This document shows positions 22,177-33,170 of a stretch of 64,000 nucleotides of DNA, in pieces. The notes below the pieces were generated by a model. The model saw only the letters and a program-made list of their open reading frames with translations. It was not told the DNA's origin and ran no database searches. Position 1 is the first letter of the stretch, and the number at the start of each line of letters is the position of its first letter. The position numbers and the translations under genes are program-made. The stretch comes from Schmidtea nova (Eukaryota), in contig CM097883.1 in the NCBI GenBank assembly GCA_044892505.1, positions 421,352,001-421,416,000 on the forward strand. Direction: 5' to 3'.

Positions 22177-22680
22177 TTAGAAATATTCGTCGATGATCTC
22201 GACCTCACTGTCATCATCCTCGGCGTCGCTAAGCGTTGAGGGGCTGAATGGCGAGTCTGTCGGGCTTGGAGATGGAGCAGGTGCGAACACAAATCGTCCC
22301 GTACTCAGGAACTCTTCCTGCGGGATCTCGCCCTGATAGTAGACTTGATATCTCCCGGGAATTTCGGTGGGAGTCTCGACAAAATATTTCGCCTGGTTTG
22401 GCCAGCAAGGGCGATCCACGTTAATCGGCCATTCTCTGCTGCCATGCCAAATGATATCCGAGGGACCGTCTCGGAATAGACTGAACGGCGGGGCAATTCC
22501 CGTCCTCTCGAACTCCTCCTTGTGCTCTTGCAGAATCTCGATGGCCAACTCAGTTGGGATCGGCTTGAGTGGCATGAGCATCATCAAATGCGTGTCGTAT
22601 TTCCGCGTCTCGTCCGCACGATCTTTCTCCCTCATCATCTCTCCTCGGGGTCCTGTGACTTGGATTCCAGTGTAAAACAT
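22177..22680 (-). CDS. Family Y protein copy 2 (167 aa, S/P-rich then acidic C-terminus)
   Basis: Open, GC-rich ORF with CTTAG acceptor 13 nt upstream of the ATG; homologous to 6335-6820. Confidence 0.75.
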   Translation of the reverse strand: MFYTGIQVTGPRGEMMREKDRADETRKYDTHLMMLMPLKPIPTELAIEILQEHKEEFERTGIAPPFSLFRDGPSDIIWHGSREWPINVDRPCWPNQAKYFVETPTEIPGRYQVYYQGEIPQEEFLSTGRFVFAPAPSPSPTDSPFSPSTLSDAEDDDSEVEIIDEYF

Positions 22681-22815
22681 TTCTTGTTAATATCTAAGTA
22701 TGCAAACATTTCAAAATTAGAGATATATATCGCATCACCCATTATATGTTCCCATGTGCACCTCAGCTACTCGTTCAGCAATTTTCAAGGGGTGTAATAG
22801 TTATTCATATGTATT

Positions 22816-23754
22816 TCATAATTCAAGGGAGTTACCAATAGCGCGTGAATAATTTAAGTTTCCCGGAATTTTTCCCATAGTTATCAATTGGTATTTCCCT
22901 ACTAAATTTCGTATCTCATGATGTTTATCGCTTGCTCGATTATATTTTAAATTCGCGAACTTAATTGCTTTTAAACTGGGGTTAATTATCGTCATTAATT
23001 CTGTTATCGGAATTAGTCTCATTCTCGGATTTTGCGATTGACAGACTAATTATTAAATTACTTTCTGACTTTAATGGAAACTACGGAGGCATCGCTAATT
23101 GCCCTTCCGGTAATTATCTCTGGTTTTCATTTTAATTGTTATCAACTTCTGACTCATGAAATCAATGGACTCCTCACTCTATCCCTTGCCTGAGTTGCTG
23201 CATATTCATCGGGCTGTTTACTCGCTATCTAAAAATCACTCGTGTATTAGACTGAATTGAATTACGATGGGAAATTTTTCAGACATTATTATGTGAATTA
23301 TTTTGGATTCCATACGCCAGAATTTTCGCAGAGTTTGTTGGAGAGCGGTAAACAAATAGAGTTGGGATTGGATTAATTCAAAAAACACCATTTCCTCATA
23401 AACAAAACCCATTACGCCGAAAAAAATGATCTGTCGGTGTTCAGCGGAAATATACGATTTTTCTTAGAGTTGCCTAAATCTTTTCGGGGATTCTTCAAGA
23501 ATCTTCAATGACTGCAGTCGTCATTGGCATCATTAGAATTTATCAGTTTTCTCTTTCAACGTTTTACACTACATATGGGTAATATTGAGTTTCGACTTTT
23601 TGGATGCTGCTACCGTTCCTGACATCCACCCATTCCCTGTTATTAATAAAAAGGTCTTTACGGAGCAACCCATCTTCGCCCCTTGCCGAGACACGAAACA
23701 AAGATGGATCTCCCTGGAGAGCTGACAATCAACGGGATCGCCGAACTCTCACAT
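22816..23754 (-). pseudogene. Family Z copy 1 (degraded ORF)
   Basis: SR*LSALQGDPSLFRVSARGEDGLLRKDLF... matches Z2. 74-nt GTAAGT..TAG intron (23831-23758) ends 3 nt before the ATG. 3' boundary approximate. Confidence 0.6.
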
Positions 23755-23959
23755 TATCTATATTCAAAATAGGTAAAACGAAACGTGAATTATGGTTTAT
23801 AAAATTATATTTGATATAACAGGTTACTTACATTTCCTATTCCGATTTTGCACAATACTTCAGAAATTTCTTCCTCGAGTGTTGATGAAGTCTTTCGAAA
23901 AGATAATGGTGTGATTAACAGTGAAACTTTGATGTTACTGATAGTGTAAAATGACATTA

Positions 23960-24040
23960 AAGTGACTGACCTGAGGGCTTCCTTATATAGTAAAATCGAC
24001 GCTCAGGCAGCCAATCAGAATCGAGTAACCTTTTTATTGG
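23960..24040 (-). promoter_or_regulatory. TATA plus paired CCAAT/ATTGG promoter of Z1
   Basis: Minus-strand CTATATAAG at 23982-23990, CCAAT at 24011 and ATTGG at 24036. GCTCAGGCAGCCAATCA is identical at 26351. Confidence 0.65.
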
Positions 24041-24385
24041 TTAAACGCTCGATTTTTCTATTAATTTATTTTATTTTATTCTCCTAGGTTTTATTCATTA
24101 TTATTTTATTATTTTCATTATTAATTTCATAATTATTCTTTTTGTTCTTTTTATTTCTTAATTTCTACTCAAATTTCACATCTATGTCATTTTTCTCGCT
24201 TTTTCATTTCTTATTTTTGTTTAAATTGTGCTTTTTCTTGTTAATGCTCATTTTTCAATTTGTTTATTACTGTTTTTACATTCCTCATTTTATTTTTATC
24301 CTTTTCTGATTAATTGTTTAATTTTCACCATTATACGTTCCTTCCTCAACCCAACAGGAGGGAAATAAATATCGAAAAAATTTGA

Positions 24386-24870
24386 AACAGAATAATATTC
24401 ATTGATGCAGAGTATGTCAGTTCAGAAACAAGAATAATGATTCCACTATCGGCTGCTATAATAAATTATTATGGAAATATGCTCAAAGATGTATACTTGA
24501 CAGGAAGAGGAATGATTTGTCATTTCAACTAAAGGATCCTTTGGATTACCGAAGTGGCCAGCAGGAATCAACACGATCAATATTCGGACATGACGAATAT
24601 CCAAAGATCAACGATGGGGAAAATATTGATTGGCCATAATATACATGCCGAATTACACTAGCTGGGAATATGGACAGACCAACTGTACGAAATACGATAT
24701 CTAACAGTTGTCCAAATACTTCAATGGACGAATGTAACCAAAAAATGAGATAGGTTCAAACTGCAAACAGTAGCAAGGGAAATTTGTGGGGGAAATCTAA
24801 CTTCGGAATACATTCTGCTCTAGAGGATGTAAAAACCATTCAAAAATATACCTACGAGTAAGAAATCAAT
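24386..24870 (+). pseudogene. DEDDh 3'-5' exonuclease (ISG20/REX4-like), frameshifted
   Basis: IIFIDAEYV..IPLSAAIINYYGNMLKDVYL (Exo I), LDYR/KW.AGI, GKILIGHNIHAEL (Exo II) and HSALEDVKTI (Exo III), in the family order and spacing. Confidence 0.85.
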
Positions 24871-24889
24871 TGATCGAAAACCATTTAAT

Positions 24890-26107
24890 CTCTTGTCTGC
24901 GCCATTATTGATAATTGAAAACATTCGCAGTTAATTTGGAGTCGTACCGAAAGTTATTATCTTATTTTAACTATTGAGACGTCTATTTCCATCGCGTTCA
25001 AAATTTATTAAATTATGGTATTCTCTCATTAAATTCACATGTTAATAGTCAGGGTTTATTGCAACACCGCTTCACTATGAGGGGATAAAATTGTTTACTA
25101 GTCAGTTTGACTTTATACATAGAAATTTAGAATTAACTAGCGTCTGACAATCTCATGATCGATATAATTCTATGATTCCATTTCTTGGCGCGATTATTTA
25201 ATTTTTTGTTCACTTCCCCGGTAATTGCTAGGCTCTCATCTATACTACAATTATCAGTCATTACCCTTCCGGTAATTAAATTTCTTTCGCCCGTATCTTT
25301 GGCCAAAACGTAATATTCTCGATAGTGCTCTTACCAGGCGTTACTACGACTACCGCTTATCGGATAGCTTGTAATTAGATAATTGTCTCCGCTCATCGGG
25401 AGTAATCGGCCAATAATATCGTCTCTGGTGTCACCCAACTGTCATGCATAATTAATGGAATAATGCATGTGAATTTTTAAATGATTATTTCAAATTAATG
25501 GGACTAAAGATTTTCCGACAAGGTCGGTGTGATGATTTCGAGTGGGAATTGGAAAGGCTTACTTTACAATGGAATAATCGACTGACATTCTGGAATTTTG
25601 GATCAATTAGGGGAATGCTCCGCGTTTTACCGAAATATGCTGGTTGTCGTGAAATCATCAACTAGATGACCTCCGTTATACTGACTTGGGAGGGCTAAGT
25701 ACAAAAATGCTGGGAATTTGGTTATCGGCTCCAACTCACTAATTTGATGACGTAATATTTTTTTAGTGTTTCAGTCATGTTCGAAATTTCTCGCAATTTT
25801 CTGTTCCTCTAATAATACTCCGTAGGGTCTCGGGTACCACTGCCATCATTCAGACTTTGAGAAACGCGATGTTACCATTGAAACGCTCGTCATTACTACA
25901 ACTCTAACATAGTTTTCTTTGGTGTTAAACCTAAGGATTTCGGAACCCTACTGCCTGTTTTTCGACATTCACCCTTTACTAACTACCTGTATCAACACTA
26001 AAAAGGTCTTTACGGAGCAACCTATTTCCGCCCCGTGTCGAGACACGAAACAGGGACAGATCACCCCGGAGAGCCGACAACCGACGAGATTGTGGCGACT
26101 CTCGCAT
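24890..26107 (-). pseudogene. Family Z copy 2 (degraded ORF)
   Basis: MRESPQSRRLSALRGDLSLFRVSTRGGNRLLRKDLF. 23-nt identity with Z1 at 26000-26022 and 23648-23670. 72-nt GTAAGT..TAG intron at 26182-26111. Confidence 0.6.
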
Positions 26108-26309
26108 TATCTATGCAACATAAATAGATGAAAGCATAATTCATAGATATCAAAGTTATATTTGGTAATACAATGTACTTACAACTAGATGCTGAAATGA
26201 TTCACGATCAAAGTTGAATAGATGAATAAAGTCTTCCTGAGTGTTAAGTCTTCTTGTCGAAAATGTAAGTTATGAAATAAAGTTGATTTTTCAGTGCGAA
26301 ATGACATTA

Positions 26310-26390
26310 ATTCTGCTGTCCTGAACGCTTCCTCATATAGTGAAATCGGCGCTCAGGCAGCCAATCAAAATTTAGCTAGTGTTTTATTGG
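26310..26390 (-). promoter_or_regulatory. Promoter of Z2 (degenerate TATA, CCAAT/ATTGG pair)
   Basis: Paralogous to 23960-24040, with CCAAT at 26361 and ATTGG at 26386. Confidence 0.6.
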
Positions 26391-26766
26391 TCCAATGACC
26401 CGTTTCTATGTATTATTTTATTTTATCCTATTATTTTATTAATATTTTATTAATTTCTTTTATCTCTTTTATTAATTGTATTTATTTTATTAAATTCTTA
26501 TTTCCTAATTTCTGCTTAATTCTACACTTTTCCCACTTTTTAATTATTTTTTATTTCATTTCTTTGTTTTAATTGTATTATTTCTTTATTATTTATTCTT
26601 TAATCGTTTTATTATTACCTTAATGCATTCTTTTGATTCTTGTCGCTTTTTAATTAATTGTTTATTTTTTTTCCTTTATTTATGTCTGTGCTAACCCAAC
26701 AAATGTGTTAATACCTAACTATTATTTTTAAAATGAAAATGGAACAAAGGATTGGTTAGAAAATGT

Positions 26767-27407
26767 TTAGAATAAAAGAAAAGGTGTAATATTAAAGAAA
26801 CCATCAATGCTCAATATATTAAAACATTCTATTACTGGCTGCTTATTATCAACCATAAATGATGTAACCTTTTCTAAGCTGCTTTCGATTATGACAGCTT
26901 TTCTTGTCAATTCCCCAAAATCGTCTCCTGTGTGGAGAATCAATGCGTTTCTCATAACATTTGTGCTAATAACTGATCTTTTACCATTACTTTAGTTGCA
27001 TTGTTTCATGTGGTTCTGAGCCAAAAAGCTCTTTCTGCTAATACCAATAATTGATACGAAAATTCTCCCACATGCTCATTTGCATTTTGTTTCCTATGAT
27101 AAAATTGTTGTCGGAAAATTCTACTCGAATCTCCCGATAATATTCTAGCCGTATGTGCCTCTCTCATCTTTTCCCATGTACTTGGTTTATCAGCTAATGG
27201 TAACGCCATAATATCGTTGTTATTTTCTCTTGTCATACCCTTCAGATAAATCGGTAATCTTTGTACCCTAATCGCGTCTGGATATCTATAGGCCTTCGCC
27301 ATCTGACAAAATTCTAACATAAACTACGGAAATTTCCCTGGATCTCCGTTAAATACTTTGACAAGTAAAGCGGGATATCTAGCAAAAACATTTTTCTCCT
27401 CTGCCAT
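26767..27407 (-). mobile_element. gag: Ty3/gypsy-type gag, truncated and pseudogenised
   Basis: MAEEKNVFARYPALLVKVFNGDPGKFP*FMLEF..YPDAIRVQRLPIYLKG..TWEKMR..FRQQFYHRKQNANEHVGEF..LAERAF follows the retrotransposon gag pattern. No pol follows. Confidence 0.8.
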
Positions 27408-27475
27408 TTTTTTATTTGCTAATTTCACTTTTGATCGAGTTGTATATTTGAAATTATACCCACTGATAATAATTG

Positions 27476-27493
27476 TTTACGTCGGGATCACCA
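27476..27493 (-). promoter_or_regulatory. Primer binding site complementary to tRNA-Trp 3' end
   Basis: Minus strand ..AACA-TTT-TGGTGATCCCGACGTAAA matches the known Trp PBS TGGTGACCCCGACGTGAT at 14 of the first 15 nt. It follows a CA LTR end at 27497. Confidence 0.8.
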
Positions 27494-27496
27494 AAA

Positions 27497-28304
27497 TGTT
27501 CGGTTCGTATCAGTGGTTATAAAGAACACAATTACAAATGATTTAACAATTAATAAATTAGTCGATTATCGGACTCCAAACGATAATCCTTTATAGATAA
27601 AATATATGTGTTGTGTGTAAAAGAAAAAGAACAAGTGTTTTTAAACTAAATTTATTGATATAAATATATATTCAATTTACAATGAAAAGATAAGTTTCAA
27701 CAGCACAATTACTGCTAAGATTTGTCTAAGTTAGAAATCGGTTATTCAAACCGTCCTCAGAAATAAAGAAACGAAAGCTGGACCTAACTGACTCAATAGC
27801 TCTGACTAAGAGAAAAGTAAGAAGATGGTAGGGTTGCCGAAATTTTACGCGATTGTATCAACCCAGAAATTGGTTGACACCTTATCTTAAATGTTTCCCT
27901 TCTAAAACTTTAATCTAACATAAAACAAAATAGTACGAATACTAATGTTTTCCGCTCGAATTATTTCTTCAAAAATTACAGATTAGCTCAGTGACAAATT
28001 ACCAGTGCTATAATTAAATAATTATTACTTAAGTAAATTCCTCAATTGATTTAAATTCTAACACGATATTTTTCCTCGATTGTTAAGTTACTAGCAAAAC
28101 TTCTCTCTAACAAAATTTTTATTTCTGTAATTAACTTCTGATCAACTGATTTTGTAATCAGTTTATAAAGTCACTCGCAAATTTCACATGAGTCTCCATG
28201 ACCATACGTGACCAGAATTTGTAACATTAGCATAACTAATTTGGTCATTTCTGACCTTTCAAAATATACTCTGTTTATTTATTACTTTTCTCTTATTTAT
28301 TATT
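27497..28304 (-). mobile_element. Probable 5' LTR of the gag element (outer edge lost in gap)
   Basis: Lies upstream of the PBS, ends in CA and contains minus-strand AATAAA near 27650. No second LTR was found in the window. Confidence 0.5.
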
Positions 28305-30454
28305 NNNNNNNNNNNNNNNNNNNNNNNNNNNNNNNNNNNNNNNNNNNNNNNNNNNNNNNNNNNNNNNNNNNNNNNNNNNNNNNNNNNNNNNNNNNNNNNN
28401 NNNNNNNNNNNNNNNNNNNNNNNNNNNNNNNNNNNNNNNNNNNNNNNNNNNNNNNNNNNNNNNNNNNNNNNNNNNNNNNNNNNNNNNNNNNNNNNNNNNG
28501 AAAAAGGAAAAAAAGTTTATTTAATATTATATTAAATTAATAATTAAATTATTAAATTAATGTCATAATTAAAACCGAGGCACTAAAATATCTATTTTTG
28601 GTATTTATTTATTGTTATTTATATTTATTTACCTATTTATAGCAATCATCTATTATTTGTAAATTTCTTTTATTTGTAGAAAAACTAAAAATCAAGATCC
28701 TTCGATCTCGAACCCTAACACACACATATATAATATTTTTTTTATTCAGTGAGCTATTTCATTTAATGAAAAAGAAATACTTTTTGTCAATTTCTTATGA
28801 TGTAATGAAGAAAAGAAGATTGTAAATTTTCATATTTTATATGTATCCTTGATTAATTCATAAGTTCTAGAATTTATGACGATCCAGACTCACCTGAATA
28901 TTTTAACAAATACGTCTGGACTAATTACATGATCGACAAAAATATAGCTATACAAAATAATATCAGTAAAGATTCTTTTATTTTTAATCTATTGTCAAAT
29001 ATTTAGGAATTATCGACTGTGAAAATATTTCAACGAAACAAATCGTTCAAAGTTTGATAATGGAAATTGATACTAACTAGCTATAATTTTTTTTATTATT
29101 TTAAAAAGAATTTTTTCTTACGTCAGACATTTAGCACTTGTTCTTAAAATATATTTAATAAACTAAATCCGGCTTCAACTTTATATGACGTGAGTTACTT
29201 AATCAGAGTCTCCAGTAATAATTATATATTTTCCCCAAAATAATAAAATAATCTTGTTTTAGAACAGTTTCAAGAACGAAAAATATAATTAATATAATAA
29301 TCATAAAATTTTAGTTAACAATTTCATTATGATTTAAATCAGGTTTTAAAAGAGATGATCCTTCAGGAAGTTGTGCGTTTTGTGACTCTTAAGGAGATTA
29401 TGAGATATCGCGTTATCACTTTTTAAAATTGATTTTTACAATATATTTTAAGTATTTTATTTATTACAACAGTCTAAAATGATGAAATTATTTTTAATAT
29501 CCCTTCTTTAATGTGACTTTTATTCTTACGTTTCAATCGATTTTGGGAAGATCTTAAATTTTGATCAATGAAAATTGTTTGGAATGTTAAATTAAAATTA
29601 TGAAATAGAAAATGAAATAGGGAATAAATAAGACAAAATGCACATTTGCAGAAAATTATTAAATGGTTGATTTTTTGAATTTTAATTTGAAAAACGGGCC
29701 AGATATAGATTTGAAAATATTTAATTACATGGTGACGATGGCTTTGTCAGAAAGAGTCGGAAAGCAATAGAATATTAAAGAAAATTGAAATCGTTAATTA
29801 ATTAATTAAAAGAGGCTGATATTGGTAAACAACTAGAAAAGTTAACAAAGTGAATTCTGGAAAGACATTATCACAACACAGCATCTTTATTGGAAACAAC
29901 TGGGAAAAATAGTTGTAAGATAGGCGCATGATAGGACAATTAGTTATTTTTTTCTATGAGAACATCCAAATTAGCTGAAAACCGGTGATTGTTAGGAAAT
30001 TGTTAAACAGATGTGATTTCGTTTCGAGATAATTAATCAAAGGAATTATTCTACCGTATAAAGGAAGTCGAATTTGCAAACGAGCGGCATTTTGCTTCAG
30101 GTATGGTAAAAGACGAGAGTAGTCTATAGAGGAATCACTACATTGTTTTAAGAGGTAACAGAAGACCACAGAAAATATAAATGATTAAGTTGAATCAATA
30201 AGAAATAAATAAGACATCTTATAGTAATACCCACCAAACAATCAAAACGTTTATTTTTGAGTTTTGATCAGTAGAGTGTAGACTTAAATCTTAAGTTTGT
30301 AATTAATTGAATATAAATATACTTTGGAAGTGTTGTTATTTATTGATTTAAAGAGCATGTGGAGTTAGAAATATTGATTTATTGTTTTTTATTAAAACGT
30401 TAACAAAACAAACGTTTTTATCATTGTAACTTTTTGAACAAAATGGTTTGTATC

Positions 30455-30873
30455 TAGTGGCGAAACTTCAAAATTTGGACCCCCCCGCAAAAAAATCAGT
30501 CTAATAAACATTATACAATGTTATAACAATATGATAGTTCATAGCTGATTACACTTTTTCGATTACATATGCAATTACAAAAACGTTAAAGCTTTTTGGT
30601 TTGAAGTTCAAAAAACTTTTCACTTCGAATATGATTTTGTTGAATTTATATCAAAGATAAAAATCAGCACTTTTATTGAATAGTACAAAGTTGAAATATT
30701 AGGAACATAATTTATTATGTGGACCTACTATAATACATGCATAAAAAACGTTTAAGTTTATATATACATATATAAAAAAAATATTGTACAGTTTTTTAAA
30801 TGATAATTTTGGTCCACTTTCAACTCGTGGTCTTCCACGACGCAAGGTCCTGTGTCAACTAATTCCGCCACTA
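30455..30873. mobile_element. hAT-type MITE
   Basis: TIR TAGTGGCG/CGCCACTA with near-TSD TTTGTATC and TCCGTATC. Confidence 0.75.
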
Positions 30874-32559
30874 TCCGTATCTTTTAAATGTTATTATCAA
30901 TTAGTACACATCTTCAAGTTAGTAGGTATCAATTGTTAATTTGCTATTTCATAATTTTTTATAATTTTGAAAACAATTATGATTGTAATCAGTTGCGTAG
31001 CTGTAAAATTATTTCATGGAGTACACAAAAGATAGAAGAATTTTTGACCATTCTATATCTCACCTATTTCATTCTTAAATTAAGATTTTGAGATGCAAAC
31101 AAAATTTAGACAAGCAATGAATCCTTGAGCTCTCTGATAATTTTTGGATATATTTAGCAGGATATTTGATCGTGTAAACATCGATAACTTTTTAATATTT
31201 TGACTGGCAGGAAAGTCGTTATGCATTCTATATTGAATTTATTTTGGAGTTGTTAATTGGTCCTTTCAAAAGTCCTCGCAATGTCATGCATTCCTTTCCG
31301 ACTTCTATTATCACTAGAAACGAATACGATAAAATTCACCGTGGTCTACATTACCTGATATTGTGGCGTCGTTGAATTCAACACAAAACCTATTATCATC
31401 ATCATAACCTCTGTCACTTTTCAATTCTTATAAGATAACACTTTTACTAACGATCCTCCTAATTTCAGCTTACGAATTTAGTAACTGGAATGATATATTC
31501 AATATAGACTTTGCTTCACTTCATACGGAACATGTACATATGCCAGAGATTTGTCATTTAACATAATTGATGTGTTATTAACATTAATTATTAACAGTGT
31601 TGTGCTGAAGAGTTTTCCTTCAAAAAGAGTTTGTACAAGATCTTAGGTTTAACCCAGTATTGACTACAACTACGAATCCTTATTGTTGAAGAACTCCCTA
31701 TTACAATATTTCTTTAAAAGAAAATCTTTATAATATTTTATTTATTTTCTTTTATTTTTTATTCTTGAAAGGATTTCGCCGAATTTCGATGTCAACTTGT
31801 AGATTAAAAAATTCCAAATCGAATAAGCTATAAATCATGGAAATCCATCAAAGAAAACTGTGACAATTCAAGAAATAAAAAACAAGATTTAGGGGTTCAA
31901 ATTTATTTTAAGGGGTTTAAAGAGGGCACGTTTTTTCGGCGTGTCTGAAAAAATTTTGTTTTTGGGGATGCGCATGAAAAAAATAATTTTAAGGGCGTCT
32001 TAAAATGAAGGTTTATGCATGAGAAGGTTTATGCAAACGGTCTAACATCTGCCTACTTATTACAATTGTTACATTTAATAATGGCATTTGATTATAAAAG
32101 AGCCGTTAAAAAAATTTGCAAAATTTATTAAATTTTAAGCCAAAAATCGAAGAAATTGAAACATCCTTCAGATATTAGGGGACATCGTGGACAGGTCTTT
32201 CATGAATAAAGAAATCACCAATTAGAAACAAACAGCAAAAATATTGATAGTATGTGCAGAGAATAAGGAAGAACAAAGTAATACAACGGAAGGATAAAAC
32301 CATAAGATATAAAGGAATAAAGTAAAGAAATAGGGAGGAAAGATAAACGTTGTAAAAGGTTACACAAGAGTGGCTCACCAGGATACACAGAAATGGGGAT
32401 AGAACAAGCAGAAAAAACAAAGATAAGAAAACATACAGAGAAGGACGAGAATGCTGTTTTGCTAAAAATGGCTTCATTTTATAAATTGACAAAAAGAAAT
32501 GTTTTTTTTTGAAGATTTCCAGATGATTGGAAGTATTCGACGCCTGATTTCGAGTATTT

Positions 32560-33170
32560 TTAAAGGCTTGATGATATGGAGAGATTGACTGATGTTCCAT
32601 GATTATGATTTGGGCTTCTGAATCGGTTTCAGTATCCCATTTCGCAACTTGCATAAGATCAACAATCCACTCTTCTGTTTCGCTTGTATCCATATTTAAT
32701 TTATGTATAAACATGCCAAAACTAATTGTGTGACGCGATCTGCAGAAAATTTTAAAATGTTCCGATTACGAGTTGTAGCAAGCCAACAAAAATGTGCCAT
32801 ATTTATTGGCGCGTTTACCTGTGTCACAAGATGCACCGATAACCACTAAATCGAATGTGTCTCCAATTTTATCGAGATAATCTTTTTTAAGTTTTAACCA
32901 ATTGTAAGATCGTTTTGAGATTTCATTAGTTGCATGTTCATCTAATGTTTAAATCATGAGATCTTCGAATTTGTCTTTTAGAGATTGTTCCAAAAATTCT
33001 AATATTTCCATCAGTATTACATGAATCGAAAGAACGAAATAGTCGTGTTTTTCAGTAAAGTTTTCTCTGAGAATTTTTCGGCGTTCTCTGAAAGAGATTT
33101 CAACCAACGGTTGACCATTGAATATATGAGATCATATGAATACGAGTTACTTATTTCTTGAGAAGAATCA
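32560..33170 (-). pseudogene. LIG1: DNA ligase I pseudogene fragment
   Basis: [100 protein letters not shown] covers ligase motifs IIIa, IV and V, with stops and a frameshift. Confidence 0.9.

Noticed and set aside
32175-32714. 179-aa ORF as an independent gene
   Set aside because: Its 5' part is the tail of the LIG1 pseudogene and the rest is T-rich low-complexity sequence.
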